From the NCBI RefSeq assembly GCF_964194155.1, contig NC_135903.1, forward strand, positions 5,022,001 to 5,086,000: a stretch of 64,000 nt of DNA, written 5' to 3'. The position numbers were made by a program, and so were the translations under genes. The notes below the pieces were generated by a model. That model was given only the letters and a program-made list of their open reading frames with translations. It searched no databases and was not told the origin of the DNA. Origin of the DNA: Cetorhinus maximus (taxonomy: Eukaryota). Of the stretch, positions 52,539 through 64,000 are shown piece after piece (the stretch's first letter is position 1; the number at the start of each line of letters is the position of its first letter).

Positions 52539-54112
52539 GTTTTTCTTAACTTTGCATCCTATGCATCATTCTAGCTAACGCCCTTCATAGAATTGCAGCA
52601 GCTTGGTGAGCAGTGTTTGTTTCTTAACTGAGTTTCTCTTTTAAACCCCCTCCTGCCCCTGCCTTCTTCAGAAGGTGTCAACTCTCCTTGGAGGTTCCAC
52701 TTGGTGCCTGTCCATTATTTTGTCTCAGTGGATATTCTCCATACATGACCCTAACTAGGCTCACGTGTGCAGATGGCTGAAGACTTGGTTCTAATGCCAC
52801 TTACAGATGTAACCTCAGTTAGTGTGAAGAATAACATTTGGATCAGGTAAAGAGGATGTGGCACTGCACCCATGGGAAGATGGGGACAGACAACAAACCG
52901 AAAAGAAAATCAGTTCCCATTCCACATACTGGGTGTGGAAGCATAGTGGTTATGTTAGAGAGCTGGTAATCTAGCTGCCTGGGCTAAAGATCCAGAGACA
53001 TGAGTTCAAATCCCACTATGGCAAACGGGGGAATTTAAATTCGGTTAATTAAATAAAATAGAAAATAAATAAAACCAGCAATGGATTGTTGTAAAACCTC
53101 ATCTCGTTCGCCTTCCCTTAAGGAAGGAAATCTACCATCCTGGCCTGACCACCGTGTGACTCCAGACCCACAGCAATGTGGTTGACTCTTAATTGCCTTC
53201 TAAAAATGGCCAAGCCAGCCACTCAGTTCAAGGGCAATTAGGGATGGGCAGCAAACGCCGGCCTAGATAGCGATGCCCACGTTCCATGAAGGAATAAAAA
53301 AAAAAGATATTTGCTTTAGTTCGGATGGATTGGAGCATTCTTATTCACGTTTAGTGTACAGTGTCACAATGGATCAATCTGGTCCTATTTCGCACCTATC
53401 TACTGGGCTGTACAACCAATCCCAGTCATAATCCAGAGGCCCAGGCTAATGCTCTGGGGACATGGGTTCAAATCCCACCACAGCAGCTGGTGGAATTTAA
53501 ATTCAATGAATAAATCTGGAACATGAAGTTAGCCTCAATAATGGTGACCATGACAACTATCATTGATTGTTGTAAAAGCCCATCTGGTTCACTAATGTCC
53601 TTTAGGGAACGAAATCTGCCGTCCTCACCTGATCTGGCCCACATGTGACTCCGGACCCACAGCAATGCAGTTGACTTTTAACTACCCTCTGAAATGGCCG
53701 AGCAATCCACTCAGTTCAAGGGCAATTAAGGATAAGCAATACTTGCCAGTGACACCCAATTCCTATCAATTAATAAAAATAATTCCAAGTTTAAAGATGA
53801 AAAATCTTCCAGTTGACCCACAGTGGCATTGCTCACAGGGAATTGAGACCAAATCATGCACATGTCTCTGGAGTAGGACTTGAACCCATAACCTTGTGAT
53901 TTAGAGGCAAAAGTGTCACCACTGAGCCAAGGCTGACACAGACAACAGTAAAACTGGCCATGCGCCATATTGCTGTTTGTAGATATTGCCTGTTTAAATC
54001 AAGTCAGCGTGTGGTATTTTAATATTGTGAAGCACTGTATAAGTGCAGGTCTCAGTGATGGCACATTTCAAGTTCACATCTTGTAATGTCACTGATTATT
54101 TCTCTGTCTCAG

Positions 54113-54257
54113 GTCATGCGTTCATATCTAACAGACACCAAGTACAAGAACCTGTTGCCCTTGTTTATTGGTCACAATATCATTGTTGTGAGTAAGGAGC
54201 CCAAAGCTAAAGAGCTCCTGAAGATCGTGCGCAGTACAACTCAGATCACTTTACTGG
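54113..54257 (+). CDS. MRPL10: MRPL10 exon 4 (145 nt)
   Basis: VMRSYLTDTKYKNLLPLFIGHNIIVVSKEPKAKELLKIVRSTTQITLL G; phase 0/1. Confidence 0.95.
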
Positions 54258-55589
54258 GTAAGAGCAATAACAGAGCTACGTTCAAATTGGAACGATAGTT
54301 ATTTACAATTTCCAATTGCATCGGATTCTTAAACTTAATTTTACACATCTCGTTAGCTCGCACACTCTCTCTTACGGAACCATGAGCTTTGGTCTAACAA
54401 TTGCATTTTGTCACTAGACTGAAGATGACATGGTATTCAAGAAGGTCTGCATAAATTTCATGCTTACATTGTTATAATGTGAAAAGCTGTAGAAGACAGA
54501 TTACTGAATAGACCAGTGGATCCCAACAAAACCTGTCTAATTGTAGAGGATTTCAGCCCTTGTTTTAATATTCCTTAACATTGATTGCCACCCTTTGTGA
54601 CCAGAGGGTAAATGCATGACACAGTCACATATAGTCAAGGCATAAAATGCATTTAAACGTTTATTCTGATTTTATTGCTGGCCTACTGTTCACTATCTTC
54701 ATTGAACTTGTAAACAATGTTTCAGTGGGTGAGTCTATGGAACAGACTCCCTAGAGAGGAAACGGAAGTGGTTAGTATTGATTCATTGCAGATGTAAATT
54801 ATATAGATTTCATACTGCAAATAACATTTTTGGATACAGTGTGCGAGTTATTCGAGACGTGTTGTGTGATAAGAGTATCGTGCTTTGTACCTGTGGTTCT
54901 CGCAGTTCCCCACCACTGGGATTTTCATAGCAAGTTTTCTTCATCCATCATCCCTGTGCTCACTGAACTTTATTGACTCCTGGTTGGGCCATTTTTTAAT
55001 TTTGAAATTCTCTTCCTTGCCTTCAAATCTCTCCAAGGCTTCACCCTCAGCTCTGTAAAGTCTTCAAGCTCCAGAACCCTTCAGCATCTGTGTGCTGCTC
55101 CAATTCTGAACCCCTGTGCATCCCCAGTTTTAATCGTTCCATCACTGGCAGTTGTACCTTGAGCTGTCTATCTCCAAAGCTCTGGAATTCCCTTCCTATA
55201 CCTCTCCCACTCTCTACCTCTCTCTCCTCCTTTAAGGCGCTGCTTAAAATCTGCTTTTACCAAACCTTTGCTCACCTGTCTTAATTTCTCCTTATGTGGC
55301 TTGGTGTCAAGTTCCACTCAAGAACATAAGAAATAGGAGCAGAAATAGGCATTGAACCTGCTTAGACTCAGCTCCACTTTCCTAGCTTTTCTCCATAACC
55401 CTTGACTCCCCTAAAGTTCAAAAATATGTCTATCTCAGTCATGAATATATTAAATGATTTTTGTTTGATAATCTGTCCTGGGATGTTATACTATATTAAA
55501 GGCAGTATATAAATGCATGTTGTTATTTTTCTCCTATCATTTCTAAGTCTGTTGTTGACTAATGATAGAAATGGATTGTTGAATACTCC

Positions 55590-56110
55590 TGCTCCTGCCA
55601 GTGGATCTGCTGACCTGGGATGTCACATTCACCTGTCTTGAGCCATCCTCACACATCCACTATAGCTTGTCTGCAACCACTCTTTGATGTTGGTTATCCC
55701 ACCCCTAGGTTGACCCCTCTTTCTGCTGCCCTCCACTTTGCCCTCTAGAATGAATCTCTGTCGATTTTCAGCTCTGATCACGTGACCAAAATACTGACAC
55801 ACACTTTTCTGGATGTTACTTTTTAAGAGTTCTTTTCGCTTTTGCAATTTCAAACACCTCTTCATTTGTCTTATGGTCTGTACATGGAATTTTTAGCATA
55901 CGTCTTCGTGACCACATTTCAAAAGGCCTCTATTTTCTTCCACAGATCTTTATTTATTGTCCAGGTTTCTGAGGCACACAGGAAGGTGGATAGAATGTCA
56001 CATCTTGTTCTTGTTCTTGTCATCTTCATAAAATTATTTCTGACTATCTCTATCCTCCCTCTGACTTCAGTGTTGTATCCACCATCTTCTGTTAACAGCC
56101 CCATCAATGT
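55590..56110 (-). mobile_element. RTE-clade LINE 3' fragment
   Basis: ASETWTINKDLWKKIEAF...QYFGHVIRAENRQRFILEGKVEGSRKRGQPR, typical of the RTE C-terminus. Confidence 0.8.
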
Positions 56111-56186
56111 ATTTAATATACGACTGCCTGTATATAGAAGGTGCTAAAATTTGCCCCTGTTAATCGTGCTGTCTCTTCCTATGCAG

Positions 56187-56449
56187 GGGCTTGTATCGAA
56201 GATGTACTTTTCAGCAGACAGGGAGTGGTTGATTACTCCAGGCTCCCAGGAATGCAGATCATCCATGGCGAGCTTGTGGGCGGCCTGACTGTTATGACAT
56301 CTCAGACGTGCCAACTTCTACAGTCTGGCCCCATGCACCTTGCTGCCCTATTGGAGCAGTACTTGAAACAGCAGAGTGAAGCTGCCACTGGACTGAAAGA
56401 GACAGGGAACCTTGAGCAGGAGGGAATAGGGGGGAGTCAAGGATCTTAG
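56187..56449 (+). CDS. MRPL10: MRPL10 exon 5 (to stop)
   Basis: ACIEDVLFSRQGVVDYSRLPGMQIIHGELVGGLT...GSQGS*. Total CDS 780 nt = 259 aa. Confidence 0.93.
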
Positions 56450-58648
56450 GACTTTTGGGCATTATCTGGGTGACAAAGTACCTTTCTCTCTGTTTATTGG
56501 TTTAAATGGATTGAAGAAGAAATAAAACAGAGTGCTTGTCCATGCTTGGGGACACAAAGGATTGTTTAACTCTTCGAAAGTAACAGTTTTTGCAGTACAC
56601 ATCTCCCTCATTCCAAATGCATTACTTTTATCGCCTGTGCTGTTATTATTAAGATTGACCTTCTTCATGGATATAGATTAAAACAGTTCCCAGAATGTAT
56701 GAACAAAAGGCAAAGTTTGAATATTAGGAAATTATAATACAGTTAAAACTAAATACATGTTATTAGCTCCCATCTGCTTACGTTCATTTTTCAGGTATAA
56801 TTTGATCAGTGTTCCAGTCCCAATTCAAAGAGGACCAATTGTGGAACTTGGCTCCACAATTTACATTGACTGGCGCTGCCAGTGTTAATTTCCTCGGCTG
56901 TCCTGCTGTGGGATGAAAAGAAAAAGCGAAACACTGGGTACCTGAAACTGAAATTGTTGGAAATGCACAATCCAGCGTCTGTCCCAGAACGTGAATATTA
57001 TTGTTTTGAATTCTATAATGGAATACTTCTCTCTCTCTCTCTCTCTGGGGATTCCTGTGTATTTTCCAGCATTTTCTGTTTCATGTCCTATTTATGATCC
57101 TGTTGGTAATGGTGGGTGAGATGTTAGAACACAAGTTAAGCAAATGTACTGGGCCAGTTTGTTTCATCACATGTATTCTGAAATGACGCTGTTGAATTTT
57201 GCATAGCCCGATTGGAATAAAACACAAAAGCTAGAAAATATAACAATCTTCTAATACTGTTAAATGTGTTACAGACTATCACTGCAATCCATGATGGGCC
57301 TGGTTTGATTGACACTTTCAGAATTTTGGAAGTGGATTCTGTATGGTAATGCACAGGAGGTTTAAAATACTATATAAGGCAAGCAGCAGTGCTGTAAGAT
57401 AAAATGATTTCTATTATGCACATTAATACGGTGGACTCCTGTGTACATTTCAGTTTTACCAGTCAAAAAGTAGGACATAGTTTGATTCCTGCTCCATGTT
57501 GAGTTTGCTGATTTCAGCAGAGATGTTATAACTGAATTAAATTTCTGCACTTGCCCCTCCCCAGGCTAGAAGGAGAAAAATGGAGACACTGTTCCTGCTG
57601 GTGATTTTTGTATGTTAAGTCATGCTCGTTAAGTGCCTATGTATGGATGTCATGTAACAGTAGTAATCCACGACCTGCTGACTCTCTGTCTTGATGTACA
57701 CAGGAGAAATGGCCACTTGGCGGAACAGTGGTGCCATTAGCTGATGGTACAAGGTCAAGGGGACACAGGTTTAAAATTTAGTGCAAGAAATACAGGAGGG
57801 AATGTGAGGAAGAATTTTTTTCACTCAGAGTGGTAATGACCTGCACCTTGCTGCCTGTGAGAGTGGCGGAAGTGGAGATGATCAATAATTTCAAAAGGAA
57901 ATTTGATAGGTGCTTGAGTGAAATAAACTTGCAGGGCTACCAGGATAGAGTGAGAGAATGCGACTGACTGGATTACTCTACCTGTACTTGCTCAGATTTA
58001 GCTCTGGCATGAGATCTGAATTCTATACATGAACTGGAATTTGTGCCATCCATGTGAAATATGGAAACTTGAAGGTCTACCGGAAGGCAATCTGATTCAT
58101 CAAAAAAACTTGCTTTTCAGATGTAGAAAAATGCTCTTTAAAGAATATATTAAATTGTCGACTGATTCTAGTTGAATTATTGTTTTATTAAATGTTATGA
58201 TTTTTGCTGTGTTGACCTGTTTCTATATAATTATTTAACCTGTTAATAAACCTGATGAAATACTTTTAGCCTGTACAAGCTGATCATACCATGTTACCTT
58301 CTATTTTTTGGAAGGGATGGCTGAAGGTGGAGGGTGTCCCATGTATTCTCCAGTAATCAATATAGCATTATTACAGGTTAATTTTTTTTTTACATTTGTT
58401 TATGGGATGCAAGTGTGGCTGGCTAGGCCAGCATTTATTGCCCATTCCCTAACTGGCCTCAAGAGGATGGCGGTGAGCTGCCTTCTTGAACTGCTGCAGT
58501 CCATGTGTTGTATGAACACCCACAGTGCTGTTAGGAAGGAAGGGAGTTCCAGGATTTAGACCCAGTGACAGTGAAGGGACGGTGATATTGTTCCAAGTCA
58601 GGACGGTGTGTAACTTGCAGGGGAACTCGCAACAACCCAATGGGGGCT

Positions 58649-59749
58649 TGGAGTCTGGCTTTACTCACGTGCATTTCTAGCAGAGTTTGAATGGTATTCC
58701 AGATTTGAAAGACAAAATCCTTGTTTCTTTCCAGTCCGTCCCGGAACTCCGGCGGCGTCTGGTCACCTGAAATCTCCAAGGGCGAAGTTGGAGCAGCCCA
58801 GGAGAGGCTGCTTGCTTTCAGCACCGAGCAGAGCATCCAGAGAGCTGCATGGGGAAGATTGAGGCTGTGGTTAACAGACTAATGGGACTAAACAATGTGT
58901 CGAAAGCCCGGCGCTTGATTTCTAACCTTTTCTCTCTCTCTGTTTCTCTGCAGATTTTTCTCTCTTTCTGCTTCCCTCCCTCACTGATCACCTCTCCTCT
59001 ATTTCATGCCTCCTTTCCTCCGATCTGTTTGCCAACAGATGTATCCTCTATTGCGGTCACGTCTCCACAAGCCAGGCCAATGAAACAGGCGCTATAACTA
59101 CTTACAAAAAGTTTTCTTTTTTGGGAATAAATAAAACCGATTGTTAATAACCTGGTCCTTACAGGTCGCTAAAACACACACTTACCGGTGACAGAATTCA
59201 TATTGAGGAGATCTTCACTTGTCAGTGGCTGGTCTTCTCGAACTGTTTTCAGTGGGTAGATTAAGGTGGAAGTGTGGGAGGCTATTTCCAAGCTGATACA
59301 CATGCTGCATTTATATATTGCTGAGATTCATAACAATTATCTAGTCAGCTATTTCTCAATATCCAATATAAGGAAATGATACAAATAGAAAATTTAACTG
59401 GGAACTCCAGAAAATAGGGAACAAAGATAATTAGATTCAATATATGAAAATTCCAAAGGAGAGGGGACAATTCAAGGATTATCAGGGAGGAAAAAGCTCA
59501 TTTCAAGTAGATAAAAATGGAACTAGATAAAATTGGCAGGTTGAGTAATTGGAAAATAGAATGGTGTGCCAACATTAGGAAACTTTCAAGGCAATTGACG
59601 ACAGGCACATTGGGTGGCTGGTTCGATCTCACCCCTTCTGTGTCGCAGTCTGAGACGTTCTAGGTTCAAGTTCCACTCCAGAGACTTCAGCTCTGAGAAG
59701 AATCATGTCTGAAGCCTCAGTGTAGCACTGAGGGAGATCTGCCACTGTC
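58649..59749 (-). pseudogene. 5'-partial duplicate of the G-CSF-like gene: promoter, exon 1 (59186-59201), exon 2 (58669-58844)
   Basis: Direct repeat of 17474-18735. Exons, splice sites, TATA and kB-like sites are intact; no exons 3-5 found downstream. Confidence 0.93.
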
Positions 59750-61064
59750 CACAGACGCTGAGTACTTCCAGCATTTTCTGTTTTTATTTCAGATTTCCAG
59801 CACCCGCAGTATTTTGCTTTTTTTCCAATCAGTTTGACCTTTATTAATCCTTCAGGTTTCATCTTATATCTCATTAAAGAGGCAACACCCCCAATTGGAA
59901 CTGTAAGAGGGGCTTCATCGGAATTTGGATCCCCTGTAGGTTAGGGAGAACATGTGACTCGAATGAGCCTCCTGACACACACATGGCACTGGGGGAAGGA
60001 GAGGGACTGGAGTTTGGAGCTTTGACTCACCTGCAGGTGGCCAAGCTTTGAGATTCCCTCTTTTCATGGGAGAGATTTCCATCATTTCTGCTGTTAACCC
60101 CTAAGGAGAATCTGATCCTGTGGGATTTCCTTGGAGCCTGAAGCTGCAGCTGTGAATTGTAAGAGGGCGCCTGCATTCATTTGAAATATTAACTTTGTAT
60201 ATCTCATGACTGGCTGAGTATTTTCAGCATTTTCTTTTATTTAAGAAAGATTTCAGGTTTGCAACACCTGTAGTATTTTTCTTTTGCTTTAAACTTTACT
60301 GATGCTAACTGACTTATGTATTTCCAAAAATAGATGCTAGTATCCAGGATTGAATATGACTGAACTGGCGGCGATGCCAGGATTTATTTCAGTGCATGTT
60401 ATGGAGAGATATCAGTTAATGTGGATGTACAATTTTAATAAATCTTGCAAATTATAAATACGCTTCAAAAATTATTTACGAGAATGGCTCCAGGGATGGG
60501 GGTGGGGGGGGGGTCTTAGTTTCATGGATAGATTGGAGAAGCTGGGGTTGTTCTCCTCAAAGAGAAGGTTGAGAGGAGATTTGGCAGCAGAGTTCAGAAT
60601 CACGACGAGTACAGATGGAGAGAAACTGTTCTCGGTGGCAGGAGAGTCAAGAATCAGTGGACACTGATTTAAAGTGATTGGTAAATGAGACAAAGGTGAC
60701 CTTTCTAAGTGGTAAGTAGTTCCGATCTGGAATGCACTGCCTAAGAAGATGGCGATGGCAGATTCAATCGTGGCTTTTAAAAGGGAACTGAACGTCCCCT
60801 GAACAGATATGAGCTAAACTATTCTTACAAAGAGCTAGCATGGGTTCGATGGGCCAAATAGCCTGCGCTGTAACTATTCTGTGAATCTGTGAGTTTGAGG
60901 TTCATTGTTGCACTATTTATGGGAGCGGCTGTACTTCATTTGGCTGCAGACCAGAAAATGCACTTTATTATTTATCACACTGGCCTTTGATCAGTGTCGG
61001 CTGCTTTGATCTGTCAGTTTGATCAAAGCGTTTTCTATTCGCCATTGGCTCCAGCCAATGTGTC

Positions 61065-62350
61065 CGTCTTCATCCCATTCTCTCAGTTCCTTCGCCTCCG
61101 TCGCATCTGTTCTGATGACGCTACCTTCAAAAACAGCTCCTCTGACATGTCCTCCTTCTTCCTTAACCGAGGTTTTCCATCCACGGTCGTTGACAGGGCC
61201 CTCAACCGTGTCCGGCCCATATCCCGCGCATCCTCCCTCACGCCTTCTCCTCCTTCCCAGAAACATGATAGGGTCCCCCTTGTCCTCACTTATCACCCCA
61301 CCAGCCTCCGCATTCAAAGGATCATCCTCCGCCATTTCCGCCAACTCCAGCATGATGCCACCACCAAACACATCTTCCCTTCACCCCCCTTGACGGCATT
61401 CCGTAGGGATCGTTCCCTCCGGGACACCCTGGTCCACTCCTCCATCACCCCCTACTCCTCAACCCCCACTTATGGCACCTCCCCATGCCCACGCAGAAGA
61501 TGCAACACCTGCCCCTTCACTTCCTCTCTCCTCACCGTCCAAGGGCCCAAACACTCCTTTCAAGTGAAGCAGCATTTCACTTGCGTTTCCCCTAACTTAG
61601 TCTACTGCATTCGTTGCTCCCAATGCGGTCTCCTCTACATTGGAGAGACCAAACGCAAACTGGGCGACCGTTTTGCAGAACACCTGCGGTCTGTCCGCAA
61701 GAAAGACCCAAACCTCCCTGTCGCTTGCCATTTTAACACTCCACCCCGTTCTCTTGCCCACATGTCTGTCCTTGGCTTGCTGCATTGTTCCAGTGAAGCC
61801 CAACGCAAACTGGAGGAACAGCACCTCATCTTCCGACTAGGCACTTTACAGCCTTCTGGGCTGAATATTGAATTCAACAACTTTAGATCTTAAACTCCCC
61901 CTCCCCCCATCCCCACCCCGTTTCTTTTCCCCCCCACCCGCCTTTTTTTCTTTTTTAATAATTTATATAGATTCTTCTTTCCCCACCTATTTCCATTATT
62001 TTTAAATCTAAAACTAAAACCTTTAGTCTTTCCACCCCACCCCCACTAGAGCTGTACTTTGAATATCCTGTCTTCCATTCTTAATTAGCACTTTTCTCAG
62101 ACAAAGACCACCACCTTCAACACCTCTTTGACCCTTTTGTCTGTGACATCTTTTGATTATCTGCTCACACCACACCCTCAATGTGTCTCTTCCCCCCCAC
62201 CCACCTTAAACCAATTTATATTTCTCCCTTGTTGAAACTATGCTTCAGTTCTGCTGAAGGGCCATGAGGGCTCGAAACGTTGACTGATTTCTTCTCCGCC
62301 GATGCTGCCAGACTTGCTGAGTTTTTCCAGGTAATTCTGTTTTTATTTTG
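61065..62350 (+). mobile_element. Second 5'-truncated Penelope-like element
   Basis: The GIY-YIG part of ORF 60994-61893 is nearly identical to 35755-36501; the 3' UTRs are more diverged. Confidence 0.92.
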
Positions 62351-62399
62351 TCCGTCTTCTATTTGGCCTCTGCCCATTGGATGCATTGTGATGTTTCCA

Positions 62400-62735
62400 T
62401 TTACTATTGGCTGTGATCCATACGTACCGTTTTCCCATTGGCTGCAATATTGTAGAAAAGTTCCCCATTGGCTGAAATATTGTAACCGAGTTCGCCATTG
62501 GCTGCGACATAACCATCATTCCATTGGCTGCGACATTGTAACCGAGTTCGCCATTGGCTGCGACATAACCATCATTCCATTGGCTGAAATATTGTAACCG
62601 AGTTCGCCATTGGCTGCGACATAACCATCATTCCATTGGCTGCAACATTGTAACCGAGCTTTCCATTGGCTGCAACATTGTAGCCGAGTCCTCCATTGGC
62701 TGCGACATTGTAGCCCATTTCCCCATTGGCTGAGA
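62400..62735. repeat. Minisatellite of 12 ATTGGCTG (CCAAT-box) units, 26-31 bp period
   Basis: ATTGG starts at 62406, 62437, 62467, 62497, 62523, 62553, 62579, 62609, 62635, 62665, 62695 and 62725. Confidence 0.95.
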
Positions 62736-62930
62736 CTTTGTATCCTTCCCTGGATTTCCCTGGGCGGGGCTGAAGCTCTGATTGACAGGACGAGGTGAGG
62801 TCGAGGAGGAAAAACCTAAGGAGAGGGGAGGAGGCAGCGGACACGGAAGAGACAAGAGGCGAAAGGTGGTGATTGCGCCAAAAAGAGGAGGAGGAGGTAG
62901 CGGCCCCGAGTCGGGACTGTCGGAGGGGAC
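62736..62930 (+). promoter_or_regulatory. Probable core promoter / non-coding first exon of the next gene
   Basis: GC box GGGCGGGGC (62762-62770) follows the CCAAT array; CpG-rich, purine-rich leader-like sequence. Confidence 0.55.
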
Positions 62931-64000
62931 TGGCTGCAATTTGCATCTCCCGTGGGTTTGGAAGAAGCTGTGGCTGGAATTAGCCTCTTGACACACGCGG
63001 CACTGGGGAGAGGAGTTTGCAGCTTTGACCCACTTCCAAGTGGCCAAGCTTCCAGATTCCCTCTTTTCCAGGGAGAGATTTCCATTATTTCTGCTGCTCC
63101 CCTCCCCGGAGTACAATCGGATCCTGTGGGATTTCCCTGGAGCCTGAAGCAGCTGCTGTGAATTGTCTTCATTTGTAAAGAACATTTCATCAAACTGGGA
63201 GACATCTGACTCTGGGCTTCCACATCTCAGTTGCCCCGTTCCCAAGGTCAGAGAGCATTGCCAACTGTGCCGGGCTTGGTGAAGTTCAGGAATGCTGAGC
63301 CTCCGAGACTTGGAGAGGTGGCTCATTTCCTAACGCGAGTCTCAGGTTTGAATGCCAAGATGTGGAATTGGGAATGCTGTGTCTGGGACTCGGGCGAGGC
63401 TGGAGGAGTTAACAATGTTGTGCATACGCTGTTTATAGTTGTGAGACGTTGTAATTATGAGCTTTATATAGGATGATCTGTTAAGAACCCAGGAAACTGG
63501 GTCAAGGACTGGGATGTACTTGTGCCCACAGTTCCCTTGTCCATGTGTGGTTGAGTTAACATGCCAGGCTGTATTACAGCGGGATGGGGCTGAATGAATG
63601 GCTGGTGCTCCCATTCCCTTCTCTTATCTTTCCTCCTTCTCCATCTGCTTTCCCTCTCCCTCGGCCCCCTCCTCTTCCCCCTCCTCCCCCGTGTTCACTG
63701 CCCTGTTGGTGGGTTACAGATGATGCATGACTTGAGATTGCAAAGGCAAAGTTACTGCCTTTTGAATAATATACACCTTATGGACTGGTCCCAGATTCGA
63801 TCCCTGATCTGTGCTATGTTGGTTGATCTGAATTGGGGCCAACGATAGTGTTGCTACATTGAGCTGGAATGCCCTGGGAACAAAGAATGCTCAAGTTCCC
63901 CACTCGTGATCATTGCCTTGTGAACTGTACTGGGCATACATGGGCATCGGGTAAGGACTGGATTTCGCTTGGCTGTCATCTGTTTGATAGTTGGTTAGCT

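Noticed and set aside
62400-62735. Repeat-spacer pattern resembling a CRISPR array
   Set aside because: Eukaryotic context, spacers are related to each other, the repeat core is only about 10 bp, and there are no cas genes.
62628-63326. 232-aa minus-strand ORF as a single-exon gene
   Set aside because: The C-terminal part runs through the GC-rich promoter and CCAAT minisatellite (xQPME repeats) and no domain is recognisable. Only the duplicated block is kept as a finding.

Overview
Repeat-rich vertebrate genomic DNA. The SINE/LINE/Penelope repertoire suggests a cartilaginous fish (inference). Two intact protein-coding genes can be rebuilt by hand from splice signals. One is a 5-exon, 206-aa secreted four-helix cytokine on the minus strand (11978-18187) whose exon sizes, phases and motifs match G-CSF (CSF3; IL-6/G-CSF family). 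The other is MRPL10 on the plus strand (45492-56449, 259 aa). The cytokine appears to sit in a small birth-and-death cluster that no single ORF reveals: an old, degraded tandem paralog (promoter and exon relics at about 23.5-32.9 kb) and a near-identical copy of its promoter plus exons 1-2 (58649-59749) that faces the MRPL10 3' end. Also present: a COX6C processed pseudogene; a decayed Ty1/copia element with a tRNA-iMet PBS; a Gmr1-type Gypsy element (PR-INT-RT order, tRNA-Pro PBS) with an anomalous LTR-plus-flank duplication; two young 5'-truncated Penelope elements and many derived short repeats carrying minimal hammerhead-ribozyme motifs with covarying stems; Harbinger-like MITEs; CR1/L2/RTE fragments; and a 12-copy CCAAT-box array ahead of a probable promoter at about 62.8 kb. 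All alignments and counts were done by eye, without database searches.
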